Translations under genes and position numbers: made by a program
The notes under the pieces: generated by a model
What the model was told of the DNA's origin: nothing
Database searches by the model: none
What the model saw: the letters and a program-made list of their open reading frames with translations, nothing else
Source of the DNA: Nitrospinales bacterium
Lineage (GTDB): Bacteria; Nitrospinota; Nitrospinia; Nitrospinales; JAJDAT01
Direction of reading: 5' to 3'
Assembly: GCA_046757665.1 (NCBI GenBank)
Contig: JBHHYO010000049.1
Coordinates: 1-21,365, forward strand
DNA: 21,365 nt
Shown: one piece after another, positions 1-9,370 of the stretch
Position numbering within the stretch: position 1 is the first letter of the stretch
Layout of the letters: the number at the start of each line of letters is the position of its first letter

Positions 1-20
1 TTAAGGAAGGCGTGCGCCGG

Positions 21-1226
21 TCATCGGCGGCCGTGCTTGATTTCGGGGATCAGCATGAGGGTGGCCACAATCATCATGGCGGCGGAGATCAATCCCATAT
101 TGGCGGGGCCGACATGGCCCACCGCCCAGAACCCGGCCATCGGCCCCAGGGTGCCGCGGATCCCCGTCAGGCAGACGTGCACCGACATGTAAGCCGCCGC
201 CTTGCCGGGTGAGGCATACTTGGTCACCCACAGGTTCCAGGCGATACTGCCGCCGGCAAAGGCGATGCCGATCAACACCGATCCGATGGCAATGACGGCC
301 GGTTTGTCGGTGATGAAGTACAGTCCCACTCCCAGGGCAAAGATGACGTTGAAAATCATCCGCAGGACGACGAAGTTCATCCGGTCGAACAGCTTTCCCC
401 ATACGGGAATGAAGATCAGCCGCATGGCATTGGGAATGATGGTGATGAGCAGTGCCACCAGTCCCGCCGACGCGGTGATTCCATAAGCGCTCGAGGCCAG
501 GTAATCGACGCGCAGGGGCTGGATCCAAAGGTTGGCGAATCCCATGATGAACCAGGTGAGCAGGACATAACCGAACGACCGGTCCCGGATGACGTATTTG
601 AAATTGCCGAGGGGGTTTTTATGGCCGCCATCCTCGATGATTTTGGAAGGCATCGAATAGATCGACCAGGCTTTGCCGAGTCCGCAAACTCCCAGAACGA
701 AAAAGACCGCCGTGTAATTTTCCAGGTCCAGGTCCAGCAACTGTGACGCGGCGAAACTGAAAAGGATCGAGACGCCGACGTTGAGCCGCAGGGGATTGGA
801 AAAAAATTCCCCGCGCTTGTCCGGAGGATAGTTGTCGGAATAGATGGAAGTCAGAAACGGCAACAGCGAGGTTTGGCAGATGTAGGCGGCGATTGCGAAA
901 AACGCGAAGGGCGCCAGCGAATGCGTCCCCGACGCCGCCAGCAGGCAACCGCCGGCGAGCGCGGCGGGAACGGCGCCGCAAAGGGATTTTCTGGCCTGGG
1001 TGCGGGAAGCGTAATGCACCAGGAGGAGCGACACGACCATGCCGAACCAGGGCGCGGCGGCGATCATGGCCTTGGTCTCCGGCCCGGCATTGAAAAGGCG
1101 GATGGCGATGAACAGGGCGAACGTCGAGGCTCCGGTATCGATCACCCCGTCAAATCCGCCGCGCAGTAAATCACAGCGGTAGGTGTGCCCGGCGATATCC
1201 GATTTTTGTTGCGCGGTGGCGTCCAT
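21..1226 (-). CDS. Major facilitator superfamily (MFS) transporter, substrate unknown
   Basis: 401-aa ORF with about 12 hydrophobic segments in two halves. It has the MFS loop-like motif WGKLFDRMNF, plus YPPDKRGEFF and ASPGKAAAYMS at equivalent loop positions, and a C-terminal GTLGPMAG. Confidence 0.8.
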   Translation of the reverse strand: MDATAQQKSDIAGHTYRCDLLRGGFDGVIDTGASTFALFIAIRLFNAGPETKAMIAAAPWFGMVVSLLLVHYASRTQARKSLCGAVPAALAGGCLLAASGTHSLAPFAFFAIAAYICQTSLLPFLTSIYSDNYPPDKRGEFFSNPLRLNVGVSILFSFAASQLLDLDLENYTAVFFVLGVCGLGKAWSIYSMPSKIIEDGGHKNPLGNFKYVIRDRSFGYVLLTWFIMGFANLWIQPLRVDYLASSAYGITASAGLVALLITIIPNAMRLIFIPVWGKLFDRMNFVVLRMIFNVIFALGVGLYFITDKPAVIAIGSVLIGIAFAGGSIAWNLWVTKYASPGKAAAYMSVHVCLTGIRGTLGPMAGFWAVGHVGPANMGLISAAMMIVATLMLIPEIKHGRR

Positions 1227-1234
1227 GTGGCTTT

Positions 1235-1243
1235 AGTATATCA
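1235..1243 (-). promoter_or_regulatory. Putative extended -10 promoter (TG-A-TATACT) for the MFS gene
   Basis: The reverse strand reads TGATATACT, then 8 nt (AAAGCCAC), then the ATG at 1226. It is an AT-rich island in GC-rich DNA with no recognisable -35 or Shine-Dalgarno. Confidence 0.5.
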
Positions 1244-1267
1244 GAGGATGTCCGGCACGAGCGGGGT

Positions 1268-1286
1268 TTGCCGGCGGAACCGGCAA
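1268..1286. repeat. Perfect 7-bp inverted repeat TTGCCGG-CGGAA-CCGGCAA in the divergent MFS/cinA intergenic region
   Basis: Read directly from the sequence; function (operator or hairpin) unknown. Confidence 0.4.
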
Positions 1287-1341
1287 TGAATGCCGATGTC
1301 CGCGAAATCCCCGGCCACGGGTCCGAGCGGAAAGGCGCGCC

Positions 1342-2598
1342 ATGTTTGAGAAACGATTGCAGATCCCCCAGGCGGAAATCGTCGTCATCGGCAACGAAGT
1401 CATCAGCGGCCTGATCGAGGAAAGCAACTCCCGCGTCATCAGCCTGCGCTTGCAGGAGGCGGGCGTGGACGTTTCCCGCGTGACCGCGGTCGGCGACGAC
1501 GCGGCGGCCATCGCCGAGGCGGCGGATGAGGCGCTGGGGCGGGTGGACCTCGTCATCACCACCGGCGGGCTGGGCGCCACGCATGACGACATTACCAAAA
1601 ATGTCCTGGCTCGTCTGTTTCATTCAGGGTTCAGGAAGGATGAGAGCGTGCGGGTGGCGATCGAAAAATTTTTCCGCCGCCGCGGACGGGACATGCCGGA
1701 CTACGCTCTCGAGCAATGTTCCGTTCCGGAAAAGGCCGACATTCTGCACAACGAAAAGGGTAGCGCCCCCGGCCTGCTGTTTCACAGGGACGGCAAGAAG
1801 TTGTATGCCTTGCCCGGCGTGCCGCTGGAGATGGAACACCTTTTGGATAAATTCGTTCTGCCCGGCCTGGCCGCCCACGGCAAACAGAGAATCGCCCATC
1901 GAATACTGAAAACCACGGGCATCACCGAGTCCGGCCTGTGGCAAAAAATCGGTTCGATCCAATCCCTGGAAAGCCAGGTTACCGTGGCTTCCCTGCCGTC
2001 CCATCTGGGAGTGCGAATCCGCCTTTCCGCGTGTGGCGCGGGAGATTTATCCGCCAAGCTGGACGCGGCGGAGCGGCACATCCGGGAAAAAGCCGGCGAC
2101 TGCATTTACGGCGTCGATGAGGAAACCCTTGAGGGCATCGTCGGCAGTCTGTTGCGCGCCCGAAACTTGACTCTGGCCGTGGCGGAATCCTGCACCGGGG
2201 GTTTGATCGGACACCGCATCACGAATGTCGCCGGCAGTTCGGATTATTTTCTCGAGGGAGTTGTCACTTACAGCAACGAAGCCAAAATGAATCGGCTCGG
2301 CGTCGGCGGCGAATTGCTGAGCCGCCATGGGGCCGTCAGCCGGGAAGTTGCAGTGGCCATGGCCGAGGGAATCAGGCGATTGTCCGGCGCCGATATCGGC
2401 CTGTCGGTTACCGGCATTGCCGGTCCGGCGGGGGGAAGCCGGGGAAAACCGGTGGGCCTGACGTACATTGCCCTGGACGCGGCGGCGGGCGGCTGGTGCG
2501 ATAAATTTCTCTTCCCCCAGGACCGCGTCCGCAACAAGGAACGCGCCGCCCAGGCCGCCCTCAACGGCTTGCGGCGTTGGCTGATGCGGAAACCGTAA
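1342..2598 (+). CDS. cinA: CinA-family protein (MoCF-like pyrophosphatase domain + central domain + PncC NMN deamidase)
   Basis: N-terminal IVVIGNEV...SG, VGDD, TTGGLGATHDDIT, GSAPG and LPGVPLEM motifs. The C-terminal PncC domain has AVAESCTGG, TYSNEAK, HGAVS and SVTGIAGPAGG. Confidence 0.93.
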   Translation: MFEKRLQIPQAEIVVIGNEVISGLIEESNSRVISLRLQEAGVDVSRVTAVGDDAAAIAEAADEALGRVDLVITTGGLGATHDDITKNVLARLFHSGFRKDESVRVAIEKFFRRRGRDMPDYALEQCSVPEKADILHNEKGSAPGLLFHRDGKKLYALPGVPLEMEHLLDKFVLPGLAAHGKQRIAHRILKTTGITESGLWQKIGSIQSLESQVTVASLPSHLGVRIRLSACGAGDLSAKLDAAERHIREKAGDCIYGVDEETLEGIVGSLLRARNLTLAVAESCTGGLIGHRITNVAGSSDYFLEGVVTYSNEAKMNRLGVGGELLSRHGAVSREVAVAMAEGIRRLSGADIGLSVTGIAGPAGGSRGKPVGLTYIALDAAAGGWCDKFLFPQDRVRNKERAAQAALNGLRRWLMRKP

Positions 2599-2639
2599 CG
2601 GACGACGCTCGTGGCCGTTGCGTTCCGTTGCCCTGGCTC

Positions 2640-3296
2640 TTACCGCTTCCTTGCGCCGGGAATGAATTTGAAGGGATAAATGAGGATCATGCCCGCCAGG
2701 AATCCGCTGATATGGGCGAACCAGGCAACCCCCGCCTCTTCCGCTGAGAGAAAGTAACCACTGCCGATTTGCAGGATCAACCAGAGGCCGAGGAGTACCA
2801 TGGCCGGAATGCGGATCATGGTGATGTAAAATCCGAGAAATATCAGCGTTAAAACCCGCGCCTTGGGATAGAGGATGAGGTAGGCCCCGAGGATTCCGGA
2901 AATCGCTCCGCTGGCTCCCACCATGGGCACCTTGGAGGCAGGGTCGGTTGCGACGTAACAAAGCGCCGCCAGGACTCCGCATGTCAGGTAGAAAAAAATG
3001 AACCGGCCCATGCCCAGAGTGTCTTCAATATTGTTGCCGAAAATCCACAGGTAAAGCATGTTTCCCAGCAGGTGGCCCCATCCCGCATGGATGAACATGG
3101 AGGTGATCAGGGTCGCCGAAGCCGGCCAGGGATAGTGCATTAACTGGGTCGGGACCAGTCCGTATTCCGTAATATTTGCATTGAAGACCTGGATGTCCAG
3201 GATCGAATTGATGAAAACGCCGATGTTGCCGACAATCAGGAGAATGGTGATAAACGGAAAATGCGATGTGGGGTTTTCATCTCTCAGGGGTAGCAT
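2640..3296 (-). CDS. Rhomboid-family intramembrane serine protease
   Basis: Motifs SMFIHAGWGHLLGNMLYLWIFGNNIED, catalytic Ser in VGASGAISG and catalytic His in AWFAHISGF. Start moved from 3329 to the ATG at 3296, giving the typical MLPLRDENPT N-terminus with AAGG upstream. Confidence 0.93.
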   Translation of the reverse strand: MLPLRDENPTSHFPFITILLIVGNIGVFINSILDIQVFNANITEYGLVPTQLMHYPWPASATLITSMFIHAGWGHLLGNMLYLWIFGNNIEDTLGMGRFIFFYLTCGVLAALCYVATDPASKVPMVGASGAISGILGAYLILYPKARVLTLIFLGFYITMIRIPAMVLLGLWLILQIGSGYFLSAEEAGVAWFAHISGFLAGMILIYPFKFIPGARKR

Positions 3297-3408
3297 GTTA
3301 CCTTGACCGGGGAAGCAGGTTTTGCGCACAGGTTATCGAATATGCAGGTGAGAAGCCAGTACAAGATAAGGGGATCAATTTTGTTTTAGGCCTCCGGAAG
3401 CCGCGCGC

Positions 3409-3419
3409 TGTGTTAAAAT
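3409..3419 (+). promoter_or_regulatory. Putative extended -10 promoter (TGTG-T-TAAAAT) for the NACHT-FGE gene
   Basis: TGTGTTAAAAT matches TRTGnTAnnnT. The ATG at 3427 follows after 7 nt, with no -35 or SD visible. Confidence 0.55.
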
Positions 3420-3426
3420 TTCATCA

Positions 3427-5835
3427 ATGAGCGACATGAATAACGACTCCATCGCCCCGCGGCAAAAGGATGCGCCTGCCGAGCGGCAAACCGAGAGCCT
3501 GGCGGGCCGTCTTCGTCCGGAGGAGGACCGCGACTGGCTGATCGCGGTTTATCGGAAACATGCGTTACGCCTGGTTGCCGCCGACCTGGACGCGGCGCTC
3601 GGCGGCGGGCGGGGGCCGTCCCATTATATTCCGCGAGCCCTGCTGGACGACAACCCGGCGCAGTTTCGCCAGAGCCTGCAAGAACAGGTTTTCCCGACGC
3701 CCCGGGAACTGCGCGAGGACCTGCTGGAAATCGCCGTCGGCAAAATCATGCTGGAAGCGGGTTCCGGAATGGGCAAAACCACCTTCCTCAAAATCTACCA
3801 GGAAGAATCGTTGCGGGATGAAACGCGATGGTTCCCCCTGCCGGTTTATTTCCACCTGGGGCTTCTGCCGGAGGGAACGGGTTTTTCGCATTTCTTCGAC
3901 CGGGTGTTCCACTCGGTTTTGCAGGTGATCCTTCTGGAAAAAGAAGAATGTCCCGACTTGCAGTTGGACGAGGACATCCTTTTGCGGACGCTCGAATTGC
4001 TGGCAAACGAAAACCGGTTTTTATTTTTGCTGGACGGGTTGGAGCAACTGCCGCCCGAGGACCGCTTTCTGGTTTACAAGGCGATTGTGCTGGAAGGGGA
4101 ATTGTTTCGCGGCAATTTCATTGTTCTGGCCGCCCGGCCTTTCAGCTTCGGCCCGCTTGCCGACGAGGACGTGATGAGAGCCGGCAGGGAATCCTGTTTT
4201 CGGATTACCTTCGACAAAGTAGCCGCGAAAGACCGGAAAGCTTACCTGGGCGACGCCTTGAGCAAGGATATCGAAGCGCTTCACCTGTACAATCCGGAGT
4301 TGCTGGACACGCCCCTGCTGTTGCAAATGATCCGCCGCCTGAGCGACGACGGGCTGTTGCGCGACGTGAAGATCAAGACGGATATTTACAGCCGATACTT
4401 CCTCCGGCGACCCGGAACGGAAGCCGCGGACGACGCGCTGTCCGGCGACAAGCTGACGAGCAATCCGTGGCTCGCCCGATTGGCGGAAACGGCGTTCCGC
4501 CTGGCGGAGGAAGGACGCTTCCAGCGTTTCGAGAATGTCGAGGCGGGATTTGACGAAGCGGTGTTGACGGACGCGGAGGGCTCGCCGGGCGTGGACGTTC
4601 TCGCTTCCGCGCCGGACGACATCGTGGAACGGGTCCGCGGACGATGGCAGTTCCGGCATCCCTCGTTCCAGGAATATCTTGCGGCGCGACAGCTGGCCGG
4701 CAACGCCGACTGGGAAAAAACGGTCGAGCGGCATTGCCGGGACGAGAAGTGGGAGGGGATCTGGAAATTTTTTGCCGGGTTGACGCCTTCCAGAAACGAC
4801 GCATTTTACGAGATTCTTTTGCGGGAGGGCGCTCTGTTCGCCGCCGGCAATGCCCTTCAAGAGGCGCAGGGCCTGGCCGAGGACAAGGCGCTGGTGACGC
4901 AACAGTTTTTGAAATACCAGTGCAAGGAACGTTTCCCGCAATTTTCCCGCTACCGCCTGGCCGCCGTGGACCGTGTGAAGGAGAAAGCGGACCGCCGCCT
5001 GCTTCAACAATGGATTGCCGTCCAACTGCGCCGCGAGAAACGGGACAGCCGCCTCTTGTTCGGAGTTTTTGAGCTGTTGCTGGCGCTTCATGACATCGAT
5101 TTGCTGGAACTCGTTGACCGCCAGGACTTCGCACCACTAGCCGCCGTCGAGGAGCTGAAAGCGTTTCTCGATGAATCCGGGGACCCGCAAGTGGTCAATC
5201 CGGGCGTGGTCAAAACATGGGGCGAAATGGTAACGGTTCCCGCCGGGAAGTTCATTTATCAGGAGGAAAAAGACGAGGAGGACCGGATCGACCTGCCGGA
5301 ATATGCCGTTATGAAGTATCCGGTGACCAATGCTCTTTACAAGGAATTTGACCCCAACTACCGGTTGTTGTATGAACGATATTCCCATCAGGACGACCAG
5401 CCGGTGATCGGCGTCAATTATTTCGAGGCGCATATTTTCGCTATCTGGCTGGGCAAGCGCCTGCCCACGGAACAGGAATGGGAAAAGGCCGCGCGCGGCA
5501 CGGACGGAAGGGATTACCCCTGGGGAGACGCCATCGGCTACCAAAGCGGATACGCCAACACCAGCGATTTCGTTCTCGGCCGCACCAGCGCCGTGACCGA
5601 ATTCGACAAGGGGAAGTCCTCGTACGGTTGCCAGGATATGGCGGGGAATGTTTGGGAATGGTGCGTCCAGCCGTTCGCCTCGAAATATACAACGCAAAAA
5701 ATCCTGCGCGGCGGGTCCTGGCTGAATTACCTGGTTCACGCCAAATGCACTTTCCGAAATTCTTTCGATCCCGCCGAACGCTACCCGACGGTGGGATTGC
5801 GTTGCGTGTCGCGGCAAAAAACCTGGGACGAGTGA
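3427..5835 (+). CDS. NACHT/STAND-type P-loop NTPase with C-terminal FGE-sulfatase (SUMF1-like) domain
   Basis: Walker A AGSGMGKTT (3757-3783), Walker B FLFLLDGLEQ (4018-4047), TPLLLQMI, and the NACHT winged-helix signature FRHPSFQEYLAA (4651-4686). FGE-family motifs from ~5224: KYPVTN, RLPTEQEWEKAARG, YPWG, DMAGNVWEW, RGGSW, GLRC. Confidence 0.88.
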   Translation: MSDMNNDSIAPRQKDAPAERQTESLAGRLRPEEDRDWLIAVYRKHALRLVAADLDAALGGGRGPSHYIPRALLDDNPAQFRQSLQEQVFPTPRELREDLLEIAVGKIMLEAGSGMGKTTFLKIYQEESLRDETRWFPLPVYFHLGLLPEGTGFSHFFDRVFHSVLQVILLEKEECPDLQLDEDILLRTLELLANENRFLFLLDGLEQLPPEDRFLVYKAIVLEGELFRGNFIVLAARPFSFGPLADEDVMRAGRESCFRITFDKVAAKDRKAYLGDALSKDIEALHLYNPELLDTPLLLQMIRRLSDDGLLRDVKIKTDIYSRYFLRRPGTEAADDALSGDKLTSNPWLARLAETAFRLAEEGRFQRFENVEAGFDEAVLTDAEGSPGVDVLASAPDDIVERVRGRWQFRHPSFQEYLAARQLAGNADWEKTVERHCRDEKWEGIWKFFAGLTPSRNDAFYEILLREGALFAAGNALQEAQGLAEDKALVTQQFLKYQCKERFPQFSRYRLAAVDRVKEKADRRLLQQWIAVQLRREKRDSRLLFGVFELLLALHDIDLLELVDRQDFAPLAAVEELKAFLDESGDPQVVNPGVVKTWGEMVTVPAGKFIYQEEKDEEDRIDLPEYAVMKYPVTNALYKEFDPNYRLLYERYSHQDDQPVIGVNYFEAHIFAIWLGKRLPTEQEWEKAARGTDGRDYPWGDAIGYQSGYANTSDFVLGRTSAVTEFDKGKSSYGCQDMAGNVWEWCVQPFASKYTTQKILRGGSWLNYLVHAKCTFRNSFDPAERYPTVGLRCVSRQKTWDE

Positions 5836-5899
5836 CAATGCCGGCAATGCGGCAGGTTGACGAGATTTGCTTTTGACGAATCATGCGGGGAGGGACTGC

Positions 5900-6994
5900 T
5901 TGAACAGCGACGAACATTTTATGCGGCGGGCACTGCGCCTGGCGGAAAAAGGCGCGGGCAAAACAAGTCCCAACCCCCTTGTGGGTGCGGTTATTGTGAA
6001 AAACGGCGGCATTGTCGGCGAAGGCTACCACAAAAAAGCCGGCCTGCCACATGCCGAGATCGAAGCTTTACGCAAGGCCGGGCCGACGGCGCGGGGCGCC
6101 CGGATGTTCGTCAATCTGGAGCCTTGTTGCCATGTGGGGAAAACCCCGCCTTGCACCGACGCGATTCTTGCCGCCGGCATCCGGCAAGTGGTTGTCGGTA
6201 TGCGCGACCCCAACCCGCTGGTGCGGGGCAAGGGGATCCGGCTGTTGAAAAAAAACGGGGTTGAAATCGTCACCGGCGTGTTGCAAAAGGAATGTGCGCG
6301 AGTCAATGAGTTCTTTTGCAAATACATTCGCACCCGCACCCCTTTTGTTATTTTGAAAGCGGCGGTCTCGCTCGACGGCAAAATCGCCACCCGTCTGGGA
6401 GAGTCCCAATGGATTACCGGCGAGCCGGCGAGAAAACGAGTCCACGAACTCCGCTACAAGGTGGACGCCATCATGGTCGGAGCGGGAACGGTGGTGAAAG
6501 ACGATCCGCTTTTGACGGCGCGGCTGGGCAGACGAAAAGACAATCACCCGGTGCGGGTCATTCTGGACAATGATCATGTGGTACCCTTGACCGCGAAAGT
6601 GTTTCGCAACAGCCGGGCGCAAAAAGTTATTTATGCCACCACGGCGCGCCTGAGCCGGACAAGGGAAAGAAAACTGCGCGATCTGGGCGTCGATGTGTGT
6701 TTTCTGGAAGAGAAAGGCGGCGGCATCGACTTACAGCGCCTGATGGAGCGGTTGGGAGAAAAACAAATCACCAGCGTCTTGATCGAGGGCGGTGGCCAGG
6801 TCAACGCCAGCGCCCTCCAGGAACGGATCGTCGACAAGGTGGTCTTTTTTGTCGCTCCCATCTTGATCGGCGGCGGCAACGCCCCCGGCGCGATTGGAGG
6901 AGAAGGCGCGACGCCGCTGAAAAACGCTTTCAAAATAAAACACCTCACCGCCACGCCGGTGGGCGGGGACCTGATGCTGGAAGGGTATCTGTAA
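5900..6994 (+). CDS. ribD: Bifunctional riboflavin pathway deaminase/reductase RibD
   Basis: TSPNPLVG, Zn motifs HAE and LEPCCHVGKTPPC, and reductase motifs SLDGKIA and LIEGGG. The likely start is TTG at 5900 with GGGAGG 6 nt upstream, rather than 5867. Confidence 0.96.
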   Translation: MNSDEHFMRRALRLAEKGAGKTSPNPLVGAVIVKNGGIVGEGYHKKAGLPHAEIEALRKAGPTARGARMFVNLEPCCHVGKTPPCTDAILAAGIRQVVVGMRDPNPLVRGKGIRLLKKNGVEIVTGVLQKECARVNEFFCKYIRTRTPFVILKAAVSLDGKIATRLGESQWITGEPARKRVHELRYKVDAIMVGAGTVVKDDPLLTARLGRRKDNHPVRVILDNDHVVPLTAKVFRNSRAQKVIYATTARLSRTRERKLRDLGVDVCFLEEKGGGIDLQRLMERLGEKQITSVLIEGGGQVNASALQERIVDKVVFFVAPILIGGGNAPGAIGGEGATPLKNAFKIKHLTATPVGGDLMLEGYL

Positions 6995-6996
6995 TC

Positions 6997-7671
6997 ATGT
7001 TCACGGGAATTATTCAAACCCTGGGAGTCGTGAAGGCTCTCGATTTTCACGATCAATCAGCCCGGCTGACCATCGGCACGCCGCCCGAATTTGCCGGTTT
7101 TGATTTGGGTGAGAGCATCGCGGTCAATGGCGCGTGTCTGACGGTCGTTTGCCGCGAAACCCGTTCGTTCACCGTGGATTTATCCACGGAGACCTTGAAC
7201 CGCACCGGCTTCAAGGAAACCAGGCCCGGTTGCAAAGTCAACCTGGAGCGGTCCCTGACACCGGAACAAAAAATCAGCGGGCATTTCGTGATGGGCCACG
7301 TGGACGAGGTGGGGCGCGTTGCGGGCATCGATCATAAACGCGGCGAAATCATTTTCCGCTTCGAGCATTCGGAGAGTCTGCAACCTTATCTGATCGAGAA
7401 GGGCTCCGTGGCCGTGGACGGCATCAGCCTGACGGCGTTTTCCTGCGAAAACCGGCAGTTTGCCGTTTCCATCATTCCCTTCACTTTCGAGCACACCAAT
7501 TTGCATGAACGCAAAATCGGCGATGGGGTAAACCTGGAATGTGATATGATTGGGAAATACGTGTATAAAGCCTGCGAATCTATTTTGGGCGCGGGTGCGT
7601 CCGGTCAGGAAAAGGCAATAACCCCGGACCTGTTGAGGAAGCACGGATTCGACCGAGGGAGAACGGATTGA
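6997..7671 (+). CDS. ribE: Riboflavin synthase (alpha chain)
   Basis: Invariant N-terminus MFTGII at the ATG at 6997, with [32 protein letters not shown] and VNLECD. Its stop overlaps the next start (TTGA). Confidence 0.96.
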   Translation: MFTGIIQTLGVVKALDFHDQSARLTIGTPPEFAGFDLGESIAVNGACLTVVCRETRSFTVDLSTETLNRTGFKETRPGCKVNLERSLTPEQKISGHFVMGHVDEVGRVAGIDHKRGEIIFRFEHSESLQPYLIEKGSVAVDGISLTAFSCENRQFAVSIIPFTFEHTNLHERKIGDGVNLECDMIGKYVYKACESILGAGASGQEKAITPDLLRKHGFDRGRTD

Positions 7672-8888
7672 AAGCTTTCAGCAAAATCGAAGATGCCGTG
7701 GAGGATGTTCGCCAGGGGAAGGTGATCATCATCGTCGATGACGAGGACCGGGAGAACGAAGGCGACTTGATGATCGCCGCGGAGAAGGTGACTCCGGAAG
7801 CCATCAATTTCATGGCCAAGTATGGCCGGGGCCTGATCTGCCTGGCGCTTACCGAGGAACGGACGGAGGCGTTGCATCTTCCCATGATGGTGAAGGAAAA
7901 CGAGTCGCCCTTCGGCACGCCCTTTACAATTTCCATCGACGCGAAAAAAGGAGTGACCACCGGCATTTCCGCGGCGGACCGGGCGCAAACGGTTCGGGTG
8001 GCGGTCGATCCGAAAACCACCCGCGCGGACCTCGTCATGCCGGGGCATATTTTCCCCTTGCGGGCTCGCGCCGGCGGCGTGCTGGTGCGGACGGGCCAGA
8101 CCGAGGGCTCCGTGGACATGGCCCGGCTGGCCAACCTCAATCCCTCCGGAGTCATTTGCGAAATCATGAACGATGACGGCACCATGGCCCGCGTTCCGCA
8201 ATTGAAAAAGTTCGCCAAACAACACGGCATCAAGATGATCACCGTCAAGGCTCTCGTCGAGTACCGTTTGCAACGCGAGACCCTGATCAGGGAGGAGGCT
8301 TCCACCGTGATCCCCACCGGCTGGGGCGACTTTAAAGTCACGGCCTTCAGAAACGTGTTGATCGACCAGGTGCACGTGGCCTTCGTCAAGGGCGAAATTC
8401 AACCCGACGTTCCCATACTGGTGCGGGTGCATTCCCAATGCCTTACGGGCGACGTGTTCGGTTCGCACCGTTGTGACTGCGGCGAGCAACTGGAAAAAGC
8501 CATGGAGATGATCCGGCAGGAGGGCCGGGGGGTCCTTTTGTATCTTTTGCAGGAAGGGCGCGGTATCGGCATCATCAACAAATTGAAGGCTTACGTTTTG
8601 CAGGATGAAGGGCAGGATACCGTGCAAGCCAACGAGAGCCTGGGGTTCAAGCCCGACTTGAGGGAGTACGGGATCGGCGCGCAAATCCTGAGAAAACTGG
8701 GGTTGGGCAAAATCCGCCTCATGACCAACAATCCGCGAAAGATTGTCGGGCTGGATGGTTACGGACTGCACATGGTCGAGCGGGTTTCCATTGAAGTGCG
8801 TCCCCGGAAGGACAATGTCAAGTACCTCAAAACCAAACAGAAAAAAATGGGCCATCTGATCCGGACGGTCCTGGCGGAAGGAAAATAA
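7668..8888 (+). CDS. ribBA: Bifunctional DHBP synthase / GTP cyclohydrolase II
   Basis: [20 protein letters not shown] and PGHIFPL (RibB part); [27 protein letters not shown] and LMTNNPRK (RibA part). TTG start preceded by GAGGGAG. Confidence 0.97.
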   Translation: MKAFSKIEDAVEDVRQGKVIIIVDDEDRENEGDLMIAAEKVTPEAINFMAKYGRGLICLALTEERTEALHLPMMVKENESPFGTPFTISIDAKKGVTTGISAADRAQTVRVAVDPKTTRADLVMPGHIFPLRARAGGVLVRTGQTEGSVDMARLANLNPSGVICEIMNDDGTMARVPQLKKFAKQHGIKMITVKALVEYRLQRETLIREEASTVIPTGWGDFKVTAFRNVLIDQVHVAFVKGEIQPDVPILVRVHSQCLTGDVFGSHRCDCGEQLEKAMEMIRQEGRGVLLYLLQEGRGIGIINKLKAYVLQDEGQDTVQANESLGFKPDLREYGIGAQILRKLGLGKIRLMTNNPRKIVGLDGYGLHMVERVSIEVRPRKDNVKYLKTKQKKMGHLIRTVLAEGK

Positions 8889-9353
8889 ATGGCGAAAATC
8901 ATCGAGGGAGGATTGACCGGCGCCGGTTTCAAATTCGGGATCGTGGTGAGCCGGTTTAACGATTTCATAACCGGCCGGTTGCTGGATGGGGCGCTTGACG
9001 CGCTGATCCGGCACGGTGTCCGGGAAGGCGACATCGAAATCGTCAAGGTGCCCGGCGCTTTTGAAATTCCGGCCGCCGCAAAAAAACTTTCCCAGGGCAA
9101 AAAATACGACGCCGTGATCTGCCTTGGAGCGGTGATCCGTGGCGCCACGCCGCATTTCAATTATGTCTCCGCCGAGGCCAGCAAGGGGATCGCCGCCGCG
9201 GCGCTGGAAGCCGACATCCCTGTTTTGTATGGGGTGTTGACGACCGACAACCTGGAACAAGCCATCGAACGCGCCGGATCGAAGTCGGGGAACAAAGGCT
9301 GGGAAACCGCCATGGCCGCCATCGAAATGGTCAACCTGTTCAAACAACTTTAG
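8889..9353 (+). CDS. ribH: 6,7-dimethyl-8-ribityllumazine synthase
   Basis: [39 protein letters not shown] and NKG motifs; it directly abuts the ribBA stop. Confidence 0.97.
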   Translation: MAKIIEGGLTGAGFKFGIVVSRFNDFITGRLLDGALDALIRHGVREGDIEIVKVPGAFEIPAAAKKLSQGKKYDAVICLGAVIRGATPHFNYVSAEASKGIAAAALEADIPVLYGVLTTDNLEQAIERAGSKSGNKGWETAMAAIEMVNLFKQL

Positions 9354-9370
9354 CGAAGCGGGCGGTTATC

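Noticed and set aside
1..528. 175-aa minus-strand ORF and other alternative-frame ORFs within the MFS gene
   Set aside because: They overlap a convincing membrane-protein CDS and have the Arg/His/Gly-rich composition typical of off-frame translation in GC-rich DNA.
2597..2629. Imperfect stem (AACGGA...TCCGTT) between convergent cinA and rhomboid as a bidirectional terminator
   Set aside because: Bulged pairing and no U-tract on either strand; too weak to call.
5707..5835. C-terminus of the FGE domain as a diversity-generating retroelement variable repeat
   Set aside because: No second (template) copy, reverse transcriptase or Avd-like gene seen in the window. A remote template in trans cannot be excluded without a genome search.
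5836..5899. FMN riboswitch upstream of the rib operon
   Set aside because: The gap is only 64 nt and lacks the RFN conserved motifs.
6697..6996. 100-aa N-terminal extension of riboflavin synthase in the ORF track
   Set aside because: It overlaps ribD; the true start is the invariant MFTGII at 6997.
7605..9347. 580-aa antisense ORF opposite ribBA/ribH (similarly 4021-5091, 10685-11989, 16704-18134 and 18366-19601)
   Set aside because: Antisense shadows of well-conserved genes, explained by codon bias; no recognisable domains.
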